A DNA stretch of 64,000 nucleotides, taken from Peptococcaceae bacterium. Its GTDB lineage: Bacteria; Bacillota; Peptococcia; DRI-13; PHAD01. Location: the NCBI GenBank assembly GCA_024655825.1, contig JANLFJ010000001.1:111497-175496 (forward strand), in the 5' to 3' direction. This document shows, one piece after another, positions 38,535 to 49,679 of this stretch. Positions within the stretch are counted from its first letter, which is position 1. Each line of letters opens with the position of its first letter. The notes below the pieces were generated by a model. It searched no databases, was not told the origin of the DNA, and saw only the letters and a program-made list of their open reading frames with translations. A program made the translations under genes and the position numbers.

Positions 38535-39212
38535 GTGCCGGCAGTGCTTATAACGACCAGGACGACACTGGCCCTGCGGTGCCCGGACTGCGGGCAGCCG
38601 GGTTTTTTTCCTCTTTCCCGTTTTGAATTGAATTCCGGCAAACACAAGGTGATCTGCAGCTGCGGCACGCACCTGGCAACCATAACCAAAACCGGCCCCA
38701 AAAATTTCAGCCTGCATGTAGAGTGCCCGCTGTGCGAGGCCAGGCACCAGCAGACCTTTAAGGCGTTTCAGCTGTGGGGAGGCGGCATACAAAAGGTTGC
38801 CTGCGAACTGTCCGGCCTGGAGATCGCGTTAATCGGGCCTAAAGAGCAGGTGAGGGAAAATATCCGGCTGACAGACCGCCCGGCGAAAGAAATGGCCGAA
38901 GACCTGGGTTACGACAAACATTTTCTCAACCCGGAAATTATGTACCAGGCACTTGATTTTTTGCGCGAACTGGCGGAGGACGGGCGCCTGGACTGCGGCT
39001 GCGGCGCCGGTCATATAGATGTGGAAGCGTACCCCGACCGGATCGAACTGTTCTGTACTGAATGCGAGGCGGTGGGGATTTTATTTGCCGAAACCATCCA
39101 GGACCTGCAATTGCTGCAGGGAATGAAGGAACTGCAGCTTGAAGCGCGCGCTTACCGTTACCTTGATCAAAAACGGCTGTGCCGGCGGGGGCCTTCGAAA
39201 AGAAACACCTGA
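38535..39212 (+). CDS. Cys-rich (multi zinc-ribbon-like) hypothetical protein
   Basis: 225-aa ORF with GTG start after AGGTGGAAGG. Cys pairs: CPDCG...CSCG, CPLC, CGCG...CTEC. Confidence 0.5.
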   Translation: MPAVLITTRTTLALRCPDCGQPGFFPLSRFELNSGKHKVICSCGTHLATITKTGPKNFSLHVECPLCEARHQQTFKAFQLWGGGIQKVACELSGLEIALIGPKEQVRENIRLTDRPAKEMAEDLGYDKHFLNPEIMYQALDFLRELAEDGRLDCGCGAGHIDVEAYPDRIELFCTECEAVGILFAETIQDLQLLQGMKELQLEARAYRYLDQKRLCRRGPSKRNT

Positions 39213-39288
39213 TCAACGATAAAAAACAGGCCAAAATAGCACACTATAACCTGACAGCTGATTAAATTAATTTAAGGAGGGTTTATAA

Positions 39289-40140
39289 ATGCCGCTTGTT
39301 ACCGGGAAAGAGTTACTTGACAAAGCCGAAAAGGGAGGTTATGCCGTAGGAGCTTTTAACTGCAACAATATGGAGATAGTTCAGGCCATCGTTGCGGCTG
39401 CCGAGGCGGAGAATGCCCCGGTTATCATTCAGGCAAGCCAGGGAGCCATTAAGTATGCGGGGTTGGAGTACATCGTAGGGCTGGTCAGTGTTGCCGCCAA
39501 GAACACTCGCATTCCCGTTGCCTTGCACCTGGACCATGGAACAAGTTTCAACCAGGTCATCCAGTGCATTCGCTACGGTTTTACATCGGTAATGATAGAC
39601 GGTTCCAAGCTTCCCCTGGAAGAAAACATCGCCCTGACCAAGAAAGTGGTGGAGATCGCCTCGGCGGTGGGCGTGTCGACTGAAGCCGAACTCGGGAAAA
39701 TCGGCGGGACAGAGGATGACATTACGGTGCTGGAAAGAGAAGCGATGCTGACTGATCCCGAGGAAGCCAAAACATTTGTTGAACAAACCGGGGTGGGTTC
39801 GCTGGCCATTGCCATAGGCACCGCCCACGGCCAGTATAAGTTCGACCCGGAGCTCGATTTCGACAGGCTGGCCAAGGTGCGCAGCCTGGTCAACGTGCCC
39901 ATAGTGCTGCACGGTTCGTCCGGGGTTCCCGACAAAGACATCCAGAAGGCCATCTCCTTAGGCGTCCGCAAAGTCAATATTGACACCAACATCCGTGAGG
40001 CCTTCGTCAAAGGGGTGCGGGAAGCCGTCAAAAATCCCAAAGAGATTGACCCGCGCAAGATCCTGGGCCCGGCCCGGGAAGAAATGACCGCAATCGTCAG
40101 GGAAAAAATCCGCCTTTTCGGTTCCAGCGGGAAAGCCTGA
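39289..40140 (+). CDS. fba: Class II fructose-1,6-bisphosphate aldolase
   Basis: 283-aa ORF with [23 protein letters not shown] and LVLHGSSG-type motifs. Confidence 0.9.
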   Translation: MPLVTGKELLDKAEKGGYAVGAFNCNNMEIVQAIVAAAEAENAPVIIQASQGAIKYAGLEYIVGLVSVAAKNTRIPVALHLDHGTSFNQVIQCIRYGFTSVMIDGSKLPLEENIALTKKVVEIASAVGVSTEAELGKIGGTEDDITVLEREAMLTDPEEAKTFVEQTGVGSLAIAIGTAHGQYKFDPELDFDRLAKVRSLVNVPIVLHGSSGVPDKDIQKAISLGVRKVNIDTNIREAFVKGVREAVKNPKEIDPRKILGPAREEMTAIVREKIRLFGSSGKA

Positions 40141-40235
40141 CAGCGCCAGCGAAAGCGATTTGCGGCGGTTCAGACCTGGAGAACGAGACAAAAAGCGAGA
40201 ATGAGAAAATAAATGGTTCCGGTGGAGGGATTCGT

Positions 40236-40916
40236 ATGGAGCTGTTCCTTGATTCGGCGAACCTGGAAGAGATCAGGGAAGCTGCGGAGCTGGGAGTTAT
40301 CAGCGGGGTAACCACCAATCCGACCCTGGTGGCCAGGGAAAAAGGGATGGATTTCTTTGAACTGGTGGAGCGGATAGCCGGGATGGTTCCCGGGCCAGTC
40401 AGCGCGGAAGTCATTTCGACCGGCGCGGCCGGGATGGTTGAAGAAGCCCAAAAGCTGGCGGCGATCAGAGACAATGTGGTTGTAAAAATACCTTTGACGG
40501 CCGAAGGTCTAAAGGCGGTAAACGTTTTGAACCGGCAGGGCATCAAGACCAACGTGACGCTGGTTTTTTCTCTCAACCAGGCGCTGCTGGCCGCCAGGGC
40601 CGGGGCCGCCTATGTAAGCCCTTTTGTGGGCAGATTGGACGACATCGGGTTTGACGGGATGTCCCTGGTGGCGGATATTGCCGCAGTGTATGAAATCCAT
40701 TCCCTGAAGGCAAGGGTCATTGCCGCCAGCATCCGGCACCCGCTCCATGTCGTTGAGGCGGCCAAAGCCGGGGCTCATATCGCCACAATACCTTACAAGG
40801 TGCTGCTCCAGATGATCGAACATCCCGTTACCCGGATCGGCATCGAGAGATTCCTGGCTGATTGGGAAAACGCAGCAAAAAAACCGGCGAAAAATAGCCG
40901 ACGGCAGCGACCGTAA
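40236..40916 (+). CDS. Fructose-6-phosphate aldolase / short transaldolase
   Basis: 226-aa ORF with [27 protein letters not shown] and SPFVGRLDD motifs typical of the TalC/FSA subfamily. Confidence 0.85.
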   Translation: MELFLDSANLEEIREAAELGVISGVTTNPTLVAREKGMDFFELVERIAGMVPGPVSAEVISTGAAGMVEEAQKLAAIRDNVVVKIPLTAEGLKAVNVLNRQGIKTNVTLVFSLNQALLAARAGAAYVSPFVGRLDDIGFDGMSLVADIAAVYEIHSLKARVIAASIRHPLHVVEAAKAGAHIATIPYKVLLQMIEHPVTRIGIERFLADWENAAKKPAKNSRRQRP

Positions 40917-41026
40917 GCAGGCCTGGTTTTCGGTTCCGCCCGGCCTGGGCAGAGACGTTCCTGCGCGCCCGGGTAAAGAGGAGCTTCAGCAAAGCGGGCG
41001 CAGGCAAAAGAGGGGAGGAGTGCAAG

Positions 41027-42019
41027 ATGTCTTCGGAGAGGTTGGACTGCATAATAGAACGGGAACTGGCGCTTGAGTTCGCGCGCGTTACGGAGGCGGC
41101 TGCCCTGGCTTCGGCGCGCTGGTGGGGACGCGGCGACAAAAATGCTGCCGACGATGCGGCGGTAAGAGCCATGCGGGCCATGTTCGATACAATTAACATT
41201 GACGGTACCGTAGTGATAGGCGAAGGAGAAATGGACGAGGCGCCCATGCTCTATATCGGGGAAAAGGTGGGCAGAGGCAGACACGTCCAGGTTGATGTGG
41301 CGGTGGACCCGCTGGAAGGAACAAACCTTGTGGCCAAGGGCCTGACGGGCGCCATTTCGGTACTGGCAGTTGCTCCCAGCGGCTGCCTGCTGCATGCCCC
41401 TGACATGTACATGGAAAAAATCGCGGCAGGTCCCGCCGCCGTGGGAAAAATAAGCCTGGATGCCAGCGTCGCCGAAAACGTTAAGGCGGTTGCCCAAAGC
41501 CTCAATAAGGGTGTTCACGACCTGACCGTCGTGGTTCTCGACAGACCGCGCCACAGCGAAATAATCAAGGAGCTGCGCCGCCTGGGGGTACGGATCAAAC
41601 TGATAAGCGACGGAGACGTTTCGCCGGCCGTAGCGACGGCTATTCCGGGGTCGGGAGTCGATATGGTTTTAGGGATCGGCGGGGCCCCGGAAGGTGTTTT
41701 GGCTGCTGCGGCTTTGCGCTGCCTGGGAGGCGAGTTCCAGGGCAGGCTTTGGCCGGAGGATGAAAAAGACAAGGAACGTGCCCGTAAGCTGGGAATTGAC
41801 GATATAAACAAAATACTCAAAATGAATGACTTGGTCAGGGGAGAGGATGTTATTTTTGCGGCTACGGGGATAACGGACGGCGATTTCCTGAAAGGCGTGC
41901 GGTTTTACGGCAATACTGCCACAACCCATACCGTCATCATGCGAAGGGCCTCAGGAACCGTCAGGTTTATCGAAGCCCAGCACCGTGTTGACAGGAAAAC
42001 CAAATACGTTCAGGTATAA
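41027..42019 (+). CDS. glpX: Class II fructose-1,6-bisphosphatase
   Basis: 330-aa ORF. GlpX-like LEFARVTEAAALASARWWGRGDKNAADDAAV and DPLEGTN motifs. Confidence 0.9.
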   Translation: MSSERLDCIIERELALEFARVTEAAALASARWWGRGDKNAADDAAVRAMRAMFDTINIDGTVVIGEGEMDEAPMLYIGEKVGRGRHVQVDVAVDPLEGTNLVAKGLTGAISVLAVAPSGCLLHAPDMYMEKIAAGPAAVGKISLDASVAENVKAVAQSLNKGVHDLTVVVLDRPRHSEIIKELRRLGVRIKLISDGDVSPAVATAIPGSGVDMVLGIGGAPEGVLAAAALRCLGGEFQGRLWPEDEKDKERARKLGIDDINKILKMNDLVRGEDVIFAATGITDGDFLKGVRFYGNTATTHTVIMRRASGTVRFIEAQHRVDRKTKYVQV

Positions 42020-42068
42020 AATACGGCAAGAAAAACGGATTATGGCAAAATATGGCTATTTCGGCGTC

Positions 42069-42097
42069 TTGCGCGGGGAAACGGTCTGTGATATAAT
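42069..42097 (+). promoter_or_regulatory. SigA-type promoter candidate (extended -10) for rpmE
   Basis: TTGCGC (42069-42074), 17-nt spacer ending in TGA (a TG dinucleotide one base upstream of the -10), then TATAAT (42092-42097). Confidence 0.5.
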
Positions 42098-42153
42098 TTT
42101 TCCTTGCATGGAAAGTCCAATCGGTTTAGCCGGTTTTGGAAAGAGGTGAGAAT

Positions 42154-42354
42154 ATGAAAGAGGGTATACATCCCAAATACGGCAAAGCGACGGTAACCTG
42201 TGTCTGCGGGGAGACATTCGAAACCGGATCAACCAAGCCGAACCTCAGGGTTGAGGTTTGCTCCAAGTGCCACCCGTTCTTTACCGGCAAGCAGCGCTTC
42301 GTGTACACGACAGGCCGGGTTGAAAGGTTTAAAAACAAGTACGGTATCGAATAA
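42154..42354 (+). CDS. rpmE: 50S ribosomal protein L31 (Zn-ribbon type A)
   Basis: MKEGIHPKY...CVCG...[11 protein letters not shown] chose the ATG at 42154 (AGAGGTGA RBS) rather than the track start at 42136. Confidence 0.9.
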   Translation: MKEGIHPKYGKATVTCVCGETFETGSTKPNLRVEVCSKCHPFFTGKQRFVYTTGRVERFKNKYGIE

Positions 42355-42360
42355 AAACGT

Positions 42361-42387
42361 AGCAGAGCAGAGGCTCTGCTATATTTA
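42361..42387 (+). terminator. Rho-independent terminator after rpmE
   Basis: AGCAGAGC / GCTCTGCT, an 8-bp perfect stem with loop AGAG, followed by ATATTTA. Confidence 0.6.
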
Positions 42388-42423
42388 TACTCCATTCAAA
42401 ATAAAGGAATAAGGTGCGATGTT

Positions 42424-43494
42424 ATGCTGGAAAAACTGCAGCAGCTTGAAGAGCATTACGAAGAACTGGGCCGCCTGCTCGGCGACCCGGAAATAATCAG
42501 CCAGCAGAGCGAGTGGCAAAAACATGCCAAGGCCCATGCCGCCTTGAGCGAGGTTGTGGCCGCGTACCGCGAATACAAGGAAGTTTTGAAAAGGATCGAG
42601 GAAAACAGGGAACTGCTGGACGAAAGACTGGAACCGGATTTTCGCGACCTGGTGGAGGCCGATCTGGAAGAATTGAAGGAAGAAAAAGATAAACTTGAAG
42701 ACCGGTTGAAAGTCCTGCTTTTGCCCAGAGACCCCAATGACGAGAAAAACGTGATCATTGAGATTCGAAGCGGTACGGGCGGGGAAGAAGCTGCTCTGTT
42801 TGCTGCCGACCTGCTGAAAATGTACACCCGTTATGCGGAGAAAAAGGGCTGGAAGGTGGAAATGCTTTCCGCCAGTTATACCGATATCGGCGGTTTCAAA
42901 GAAGTAATCGCCATGATCGAGGGTAAAGGTGCATACAGCCGGTTAAAGTTTGAAAGCGGCGTGCACAGGGTGCAGCGAATACCCGTCACCGAGTCAGGCG
43001 GACGCATTCATACCTCGGCTTCAACAGTGGCCGTTCTTCCCGAAGCTGAGGAAGTGGATGTGGAAATAAACCCCAACGACCTCCGGATAGACATCTTCTG
43101 TTCCAGCGGGCCGGGCGGACAGTCGGTAAACACCACCCAGTCTGCGGTGCGCGTGACCCACTTGCCGACGGGCATTGTGGTTTCCTGCCAGGACGAAAAA
43201 TCACAGCACAAAAACAAGGAAAAAGCCATGAAAGTTTTAAGGGCTCGCTTGCTGGAGAAGGCCAAAATGGAACAGGCCGGCGAAATGGCGAGCGCCCGCA
43301 GGACAATGGTTGGCAGCGGCGACAGGAGTGAACGCATCCGCACTTACAATTTCCCGCAGGGAAGGGTGACCGACCACCGGATTGGGCTTACCTCCTACCG
43401 TTTGGAAGATGTCCTGCAGGGTGAACTGGACGAATTTATCGATGCCCTGATTACCACGGACCAGGCTGAAAAGCTGAAGAAAGCGGAACAATAG
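42424..43494 (+). CDS. prfA: Peptide chain release factor 1
   Basis: 356-aa ORF with the GGQ motif ([11 protein letters not shown]) and a PVT tripeptide (RIPVTES) at the position of the RF1 PxT anticodon motif. Confidence 0.95.
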   Translation: MLEKLQQLEEHYEELGRLLGDPEIISQQSEWQKHAKAHAALSEVVAAYREYKEVLKRIEENRELLDERLEPDFRDLVEADLEELKEEKDKLEDRLKVLLLPRDPNDEKNVIIEIRSGTGGEEAALFAADLLKMYTRYAEKKGWKVEMLSASYTDIGGFKEVIAMIEGKGAYSRLKFESGVHRVQRIPVTESGGRIHTSASTVAVLPEAEEVDVEINPNDLRIDIFCSSGPGGQSVNTTQSAVRVTHLPTGIVVSCQDEKSQHKNKEKAMKVLRARLLEKAKMEQAGEMASARRTMVGSGDRSERIRTYNFPQGRVTDHRIGLTSYRLEDVLQGELDEFIDALITTDQAEKLKKAEQ

Positions 43495-43541
43495 AATGAA
43501 GGACCAGAACCGTACACTGACAGGCGTGTACGGTTTTAACC

Positions 43542-44429
43542 GTGGACAAAATACCGGGCAGGTGGTACACAGTGACTGGCAGGGAAGCGCTGCAGTGGGC
43601 AGTCTCGCTCCTGGCCGGGCTGGGCTTGGACAAGCGGGTCGCCCGCCTTGAGAGCAGGCTTATCCTGGAAAAAGCCTGGGGCAAAAAAGGATTGAAACTG
43701 ATTACTGATCTTGATGAGCTTCTTGATGAAGATGCGCAAGAAAAATACATGAGCCTGATCGGGCGAAGGGTCAGACGTGAACCGCTCCAATACATTGTGG
43801 AAGAACAGGAATTCATGTCCCTTCCTTTTAAAGTTTCCCCAGATGTGCTTATTCCCCGCTGGGACAGCGAACTGCTGGCCGAGGAAGCGATCGGGCTTGG
43901 TAAATCCTTTGTGGAACCCAGGATTCTCGATATCGGCACGGGAAGCGGCGCCATTGCCGTCAGCCTGGCCTTTTATTTGCCGCGCTGCCGGGTATGGGCC
44001 GTGGATATTTCCGGTCCGGCCCTGGAAGTGGCTCGTCAAAACGCCCGTCGAAACGGGGTCGGGGACAGGGTCGAGTTCCTGAAGGGCGACCTGTTCGCTC
44101 CTCTTCCGCCCGGCATAAAATTCCACTTGATTGTCTCCAACCCGCCTTATCTAACCGAAGAGGAACTGGCATCGCTGGCCGAAGAAGTGAAAAAAGAACC
44201 CCGGATTGCGCTTGATGGGGGAAAAGACGGGCTCGAGTTCTATAAGGAGATCATCCCTGCGGCTTTTGAATTTCTCTTGCCGGGAGGCTCTCTTCTCCTG
44301 GAGGTTGGCTGGCAGCAGGGCGGCAGTGCGGCGGAAATCATGGCCAGGCATGGGTATTCTCGCCTAAGGGTCAAAAAAGACTACCAGGGAAAAGACAGGG
44401 TGGTTATTGGGGAAAAAACAAGAGAGTAA
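43542..44429 (+). CDS. prmC: Release factor glutamine methyltransferase
   Basis: 295-aa ORF with SAM-binding ILDIGTGSGAIA and catalytic NPPY (VSNPPYL). The start is uncertain (GTG at 43542 or a downstream GTG). Confidence 0.85.
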   Translation: MDKIPGRWYTVTGREALQWAVSLLAGLGLDKRVARLESRLILEKAWGKKGLKLITDLDELLDEDAQEKYMSLIGRRVRREPLQYIVEEQEFMSLPFKVSPDVLIPRWDSELLAEEAIGLGKSFVEPRILDIGTGSGAIAVSLAFYLPRCRVWAVDISGPALEVARQNARRNGVGDRVEFLKGDLFAPLPPGIKFHLIVSNPPYLTEEELASLAEEVKKEPRIALDGGKDGLEFYKEIIPAAFEFLLPGGSLLLEVGWQQGGSAAEIMARHGYSRLRVKKDYQGKDRVVIGEKTRE

Positions 44430-44468
44430 TACGGGCGCAACTTTGTGTTATACTATCGTCAAGACTAG

Positions 44469-45545
44469 TTGCTGGGAAAGGCTGATAATGATTTGGAAAC
44501 CGTAATCTGGCGGATCAATCCGGAAAACCCCGATCCAACCATAATCCAGGAAGCTGCCCGCATTTTGAAAAACGGCGGGCTGGTGGCCTTTCCCACAGAA
44601 ACGGTATATGGACTGGGAGCCAACGGGCTTGATCCGGCAGCAGTCAGAAAAATATTCCGCGCCAAGAGGAGGCCTTCCGACAACCCGCTCATTTTACATA
44701 TTGCCAATCAGCAAGAAGTGTTTTACTTGGCCGGCGTTGTCCCGTTAAAAGCCCAGGTCCTGATGGAAGCATTTTGGCCGGGACCGCTTACCCTTGTGCT
44801 TCCCAGGAGTGCCTTTATACCAGATGAGATCACGGCTGGTCTTGAGACGGTGGCGGTCCGGATGCCTGGGCACCCGGTGGCTCTGGCTCTCATCAGGGAG
44901 GCCGGCCTGCCGGTAGCCGCCCCCAGCGCGAATCTATCCGGTTATCCAAGCCCAACAAGAGCGGACCATGTCTGGGAAGACCTGGCCGGCCGCATAGACG
45001 CAGTCATCGATGGCGGTCCGACGGGACTTGGCCTGGAATCGACCGTTTTAGACGTTTCCGGAGAAGTGCCGGTTATCCTGCGCCCCGGCGGCGTAACCCG
45101 CGAACTGCTTGAGGAAACGATTGGTCCGGTACGGTATGACCCTGCCCTCGTTGATCCACGGGATATTCCCAGGGCGCCTGGTATGAAATACACCCACTAT
45201 GCGCCGCGAGCCCAGGTGTTTCTTATTGACGGCGAACCCGAAACCGTCATGTCAAGGGTGCTGGAACTGGTGGAGGATTATACCAGACAGGGCAGGAAAG
45301 TCGGTCTCTTGCTGACTGACGAGGTTTGGCAAAAAGGTAAAAAAATTGAGACGGCCTACAGTAAGAACCTGGGAAGCAGGCGCGAACTGGAAAAGATAGC
45401 CCACAACATATACAGCGAGCTGCGCCGCTGCGACGCTGCCGGGGTCGATGTCATCCTGACCGAGACTTACAAGGAAGAAGGCTTGGGGACGGCGCTGATG
45501 AACAGGCTGCTCAAGTCGTCGGGGTATAAAGTGATTAATTCATAA
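44469..45545 (+). CDS. ywlC: L-threonylcarbamoyladenylate synthase (Sua5/YwlC type)
   Basis: 358-aa ORF with PTETVYGLGANG, RAKRRPSDNPLILHI, SANLSG and a Sua5 C-terminal domain. Confidence 0.85.
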   Translation: MLGKADNDLETVIWRINPENPDPTIIQEAARILKNGGLVAFPTETVYGLGANGLDPAAVRKIFRAKRRPSDNPLILHIANQQEVFYLAGVVPLKAQVLMEAFWPGPLTLVLPRSAFIPDEITAGLETVAVRMPGHPVALALIREAGLPVAAPSANLSGYPSPTRADHVWEDLAGRIDAVIDGGPTGLGLESTVLDVSGEVPVILRPGGVTRELLEETIGPVRYDPALVDPRDIPRAPGMKYTHYAPRAQVFLIDGEPETVMSRVLELVEDYTRQGRKVGLLLTDEVWQKGKKIETAYSKNLGSRRELEKIAHNIYSELRRCDAAGVDVILTETYKEEGLGTALMNRLLKSSGYKVINS

Positions 45546-45578
45546 AAACGCAAATCGAAAGATTCACCGGGGGGTTTC

Positions 45579-46142
45579 ATGAACTATTATACGGTCCTGT
45601 TGGTTTCTTTTGCCCTGGGAATAGACGCTTTTTCCGTGGCTGTCGGCATCGGCCTGTCGGGCGTGAGGAAAAAGCAAATGCTTACAGTTTCATCGACGGT
45701 TACCCTTTTTCACATTTTTATGCCTCTTTTAGGGCTGAGCCTTGGCTCGTACCTGGGAAGGCTGGCCGGGCCCATGGCCGGGTCCATCGGGGCACTGATT
45801 CTCATGACGATAGGGCTCAGCGCTGTGTGGAACAGCCTGAAGGAACTTGGTCTTGTTGCGGCGGTAAGAAATCAATCCCGGCCGCTGGATATTACGAGTC
45901 CTGTCAGCCTGGTCCTGCTGGGCGCCAGCGTAAGCCTGGATGCGCTGACTGTGGGTTTCGGCCTTGGGGCGCTGCGGGTCGACCTGTTTCTTACGGTTGT
46001 GACGATGGGGATTGTGGCTGGCATCATGACCATGTCCGGTCTCCTCTTCGGCCGCCGGCTGAACAAGGCGTTTGGGCATAGGGCCGGGTTGGCAGGCGGT
46101 CTTATTCTAGTGGTTATCGGCTTTAAACTGCTGTTTCCCTGA
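45579..46142 (+). CDS. mntP: Manganese efflux pump MntP
   Basis: 187-aa membrane ORF with the duplicated motif LGIDAFSVA / VSLDALTVG. Confidence 0.8.
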   Translation: MNYYTVLLVSFALGIDAFSVAVGIGLSGVRKKQMLTVSSTVTLFHIFMPLLGLSLGSYLGRLAGPMAGSIGALILMTIGLSAVWNSLKELGLVAAVRNQSRPLDITSPVSLVLLGASVSLDALTVGFGLGALRVDLFLTVVTMGIVAGIMTMSGLLFGRRLNKAFGHRAGLAGGLILVVIGFKLLFP

Positions 46143-46163
46143 TAGAAAGGAGGCTCTAACCGT

Positions 46164-46664
46164 GTGAGCAGGACCTTGCTTTTTGTTTGCACCGGCAACA
46201 CCTGCCGGAGTTATATGGCGGAAGCCGTGGCTAAACATTACCTGGGCAGCCGGCAGGCGGACCAGGAAGAGATAAGAATAATCTCTGCCGGCACCTGGGC
46301 CGTCGATAACGACCTGCCAACCGCGGAGGCTGCGGCCGCAATCAGCGAGCTGGGCATCGACCTGCCGGAACACCGTTCTCGCAGGCTGACGCCGGACTTA
46401 ATTGGCGAGGCCGACTTGATCCTGACGATGACCAACAGACAAAAAAGCGAGGTGTTATATCTTGCTCCGGAAGCCGGAAGCAAGGTTTTCCGCTTAAAGG
46501 AGTATGCCTGCCAAGAGGGACAAAGAGAATGCCCAGATCCAAACGGCCTGGATATTGCTGACCCGTTTGGAAAGCCGCTTGAGTATTACCGGGCCTGCGC
46601 CGCCGAACTGCGCGCCTTTATTCCTGCGGCGCTGGAGAGGTTTTTGAACGGCCTGAACAAATAG
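46164..46664 (+). CDS. ywlE: Low-molecular-weight protein phosphatase, YwlE-type (protein arginine phosphatase)
   Basis: 166-aa ORF with GTG start. P-loop VCTGNTCRS with a Thr two residues before the Arg, as I recall for B. subtilis YwlE. ywl-cluster synteny. Confidence 0.75.
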   Translation: MSRTLLFVCTGNTCRSYMAEAVAKHYLGSRQADQEEIRIISAGTWAVDNDLPTAEAAAAISELGIDLPEHRSRRLTPDLIGEADLILTMTNRQKSEVLYLAPEAGSKVFRLKEYACQEGQRECPDPNGLDIADPFGKPLEYYRACAAELRAFIPAALERFLNGLNK

Positions 46665-46849
46665 AACAAAAGACACTATGAAGCTTGCGAGGAGAATAAC
46701 GGGAGCTGCGAACCGGTTGCATAAACACAGCGGCAGTAAATTTTTCTATGAAGAAGGAAATTGCCTGTTTTAGTAGAAAATAGAACTAATTGCGCGAAAC
46801 GAAGACGGCGCCGGTCGTAACTATATGGTGTTACAAGAACAGGAGTGAA

Positions 46850-47311
46850 ATGTTGTTGACAATTGCTTTGGGTTCGGACCACGGGGGTTTTCTCCTGAAG
46901 GAGGAAATAAAAAGGTGGCTGTCCGAGAAGGGTTACGCGGTAGAGGATTTTGGGGCCCGCAGCACAGAACCTTGCGACTACCCCGATATTGCCGTCGAGG
47001 TTGCCACGGCCGTGGCGTCGGGCAGGTGCGAAAAAGGAATTCTCGTCTGCGGGACGGGCATAGGGGTTTCCATTGCCGCCAACAAGGTCCCGGGAATCCG
47101 GGCCGCGCTCTGTCATGATACCTTTTCGGCCCGGGCTTCCAGGGAACACAACGATGCCAATATCCTCGCTTTAGGGGAGAGAGTGGTCGGGCACGGCCTG
47201 GCCCTGGAAATCGTTAGAGTGTGGCTGGACAGCGTCTTTGCGGGCGGGCGGCATAAAAGGAGAGTGGATAAAATTAAGGCCTTGGACATGGTACTTCCGC
47301 CGCCCAAGTGA
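46850..47311 (+). CDS. rpiB: Ribose-5-phosphate isomerase B
   Basis: MLLTIALGSDHGGF..., CGTGIG motif. I chose the ATG at 46850 (AGGAGTG RBS) over the track start at 46790. Confidence 0.85.
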   Translation: MLLTIALGSDHGGFLLKEEIKRWLSEKGYAVEDFGARSTEPCDYPDIAVEVATAVASGRCEKGILVCGTGIGVSIAANKVPGIRAALCHDTFSARASREHNDANILALGERVVGHGLALEIVRVWLDSVFAGGRHKRRVDKIKALDMVLPPPK

Positions 47312-47372
47312 TAATATTTGGTTTGACTTTGAAGATAAACGATACAAGCCGGGGGAGGATTGAAAACCAAGG

Positions 47373-47921
47373 ATGGATGGCGAAAAAATCACCGCTGAAG
47401 TCCGGCAGGCCCTGGAAGAGCTGCTGGAGGCAGCCCGCCTAAAAAAGGAGGACATCCTGGTGGTAGGCTGCAGCACCAGCGAAATTGCCGGGAAGAAAAT
47501 AGGGACAAGCTCAAACCTGGACGTGGCGGCTGCCGTAATGAAAGGGCTTTATCCCGCCTGCCGGGAAAGGGGGCTTTTCCTGGCCGTCCAGTGCTGCGAG
47601 CACCTGAACAGGGCCCTGGTTGTGGAAAAACGCTGCCTGGACAGGTATTCGCTGGAGGAAGTGACGGTGTACCCCGTCCAGGGAGCCGGGGGCAGCCTTG
47701 CTTACCAGGCGATGAAGACGTTCGAAGAACCGGTGGTGGTCGAAAACATCCGGGCCCATGCCGGGCTGGACATTGGCGATACCTTCATCGGGATGCACCT
47801 TAAGCCTGTCGCTGTACCGGTGCGAGGCTCGTTAAAAGCGATTGGGATGGCCCATTTGACCATGGCCAGGACGAGGCCGAAACTGATCGGGGGAGAACGT
47901 GCGCGCTACCAACCATGCTGA
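47373..47921 (+). CDS. ywlG: TIGR01440/UPF0340 family protein (YwlG-like)
   Basis: 182-aa ORF with VVGCSTSEI and QCCEHLNRALVVE motifs. Position between rpiB and glyA, as in Bacillus. Confidence 0.7.
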   Translation: MDGEKITAEVRQALEELLEAARLKKEDILVVGCSTSEIAGKKIGTSSNLDVAAAVMKGLYPACRERGLFLAVQCCEHLNRALVVEKRCLDRYSLEEVTVYPVQGAGGSLAYQAMKTFEEPVVVENIRAHAGLDIGDTFIGMHLKPVAVPVRGSLKAIGMAHLTMARTRPKLIGGERARYQPC

Positions 47922-47933
47922 GGAGGAGAACAA

Positions 47934-49184
47934 ATGGACTATATCGAAAAGTACGTATTGCCGGTTGACCCGGAACTGGCCAGCTGCCTCGCCGGTGAAG
48001 AAAACCGGCAGAAGGAAAAAATCGAGCTGATCGCTTCGGAAAATTTCGTCAGCCGCGCGGTGATGGCTGCCCAGGGCTCTGTTTTGACCAACAAATATGC
48101 GGAAGGATACCCGGGGAAGCGTTACTACGGCGGCTGCGAATGGGTGGACAAAGCAGAAGAACTGGCCAGGGAAAGGGCCAAGGCTCTCTTTGGGGCCGAA
48201 CACGCCAATGTTCAACCCCATGCCGGCACCCAGGCCAACACGGCGGTGTATTTTGCCCTTTTGAACCATGGCGATACCATCCTGGGAATGAATCTGGCTC
48301 ACGGGGGACACCTCACCCACGGGAGCCCGGTTAATATTTCGGGGAAATACTTCAATATTGTTTCCTACGGGGTAGACAGCGAAACGGAAAGGATCGACTA
48401 CGAAGAGCTGGCCCTGCTGGCGAAAAAAGCGCGTCCCCGGATGATTGTGGCTGGGGCCAGCGCTTACCCGAGGTTCATTGATTTCGCCAGGTTTTCGGAG
48501 ATTGCCAAAGAGGTCGGCGCGTATTTGATGGTGGACATGGCCCATATCGCCGGTTTGGTGGCGGCGGGAATTCATCCCAGCCCGGTACCTTACGCGGACG
48601 TGGTAACCACCACCACCCACAAGACCCTGAGAGGACCGCGGGGCGGGATGATCCTTTGCCGGTCGGAACACGCGCAGGCTGTCGACAAGGCCGTCTTCCC
48701 CGGCATCCAGGGAGGCCCCCTGATGCATGTCATCGCCGCCAAGGCCGTGGCCTTAAAGGAAGCGATGGAGCCTGCTTTTCGCCGCTACCAGGAACAGATT
48801 GTCAGGAACGCCGGGGCGCTGGTGGAAGCGTTGAAAGATAGGGGCTTCCGGCTGGTTTCCGGCGGGACAGACAACCACCTGCTGCTTGTTGACCTTAGAA
48901 ACAAAAACATCACCGGCAAAGAAGCGGAAAAAGCCCTTGATGAAGCCGGCGTAACCGTCAACAAAAACATGATTCCTTTCGATCCCCAGAGCCCTTTTAC
49001 CACCAGCGGCATCAGGATCGGCACCCCCGCAGTGACGACCCGCGGGATGAAGGAACCGGAGATGCAAAAAATCGCGGAAATAATCGACCTGATCATAACC
49101 GGCCGTAATGATCCGGCCTCCAAGGAAAAAGCGCGGAAAATGGTCAAGGAACTTGTTTCCAGTTTCCCCCTGTTTGCCTGGTAA
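47934..49184 (+). CDS. glyA: Serine hydroxymethyltransferase
   Basis: 416-aa ORF with [21 protein letters not shown] and [14 protein letters not shown] (PLP lysine) motifs. Confidence 0.95.
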   Translation: MDYIEKYVLPVDPELASCLAGEENRQKEKIELIASENFVSRAVMAAQGSVLTNKYAEGYPGKRYYGGCEWVDKAEELARERAKALFGAEHANVQPHAGTQANTAVYFALLNHGDTILGMNLAHGGHLTHGSPVNISGKYFNIVSYGVDSETERIDYEELALLAKKARPRMIVAGASAYPRFIDFARFSEIAKEVGAYLMVDMAHIAGLVAAGIHPSPVPYADVVTTTTHKTLRGPRGGMILCRSEHAQAVDKAVFPGIQGGPLMHVIAAKAVALKEAMEPAFRRYQEQIVRNAGALVEALKDRGFRLVSGGTDNHLLLVDLRNKNITGKEAEKALDEAGVTVNKNMIPFDPQSPFTTSGIRIGTPAVTTRGMKEPEMQKIAEIIDLIITGRNDPASKEKARKMVKELVSSFPLFAW

Positions 49185-49207
49185 GCCAGTTGAGGGGAGT
49201 GATCGGA

Positions 49208-49678
49208 ATGCGCCCTTCGTGGGATGAATATTTCATGGAAATAACAAAAATGGTCGCTATGAGGTCCACCTGCCTGCGCAGGCAGGTGGGATCAATTATT
49301 GTCAAGGACAAGCGCATTATCGCTACCGGGTACAACGGCGCTCCGACCGGACTGCCGCACTGCGCCGAGACGGGGTGCATGCGCGAAAAACTGCAGATAC
49401 CCGCTGGTGAAAGGCATGAACTCTGCCTGGGACTCCATGCCGAACAAAACGCCATTATCCAGGCCGCTGTTCACGGGATCAGCGTTGCCGGCGGTACGCT
49501 TTACACTACCACCCAGCCGTGTATCCTCTGCAGCAAAATGCTGATAAACGCCCGGATCAAGCGGATCGTGTTTGCCGGTCCTTATCCCGACACGCTTTCC
49601 TTATCCCTCTTAAAAAGCGCGGGGATCGAGCTTTGCCCGTGGTACGAAAAAGAAGAGGAAGAAAAAGAGGAAGAGTGA
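49208..49678 (+). CDS. dCMP deaminase (ComEB family) with poly-Glu tail
   Basis: Zn motifs HAEQNAI and [10 protein letters not shown] chose the ATG at 49208 (GAGGGGAG RBS). The C-terminus is [10 protein letters not shown]. Confidence 0.8.
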   Translation: MRPSWDEYFMEITKMVAMRSTCLRRQVGSIIVKDKRIIATGYNGAPTGLPHCAETGCMREKLQIPAGERHELCLGLHAEQNAIIQAAVHGISVAGGTLYTTTQPCILCSKMLINARIKRIVFAGPYPDTLSLSLLKSAGIELCPWYEKEEEEKEEE

Positions 49679-49679
49679 A

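Noticed and set aside
43508-43535. Hairpin AACCGTACAC / GTGTACGGTT between prfA and prmC, as a possible terminator.
   Set aside because: The T-tract is only 4 nt and the hairpin abuts the prmC start. prfA-prmC are normally co-transcribed, so I did not list it as a feature; it may modulate coupling.
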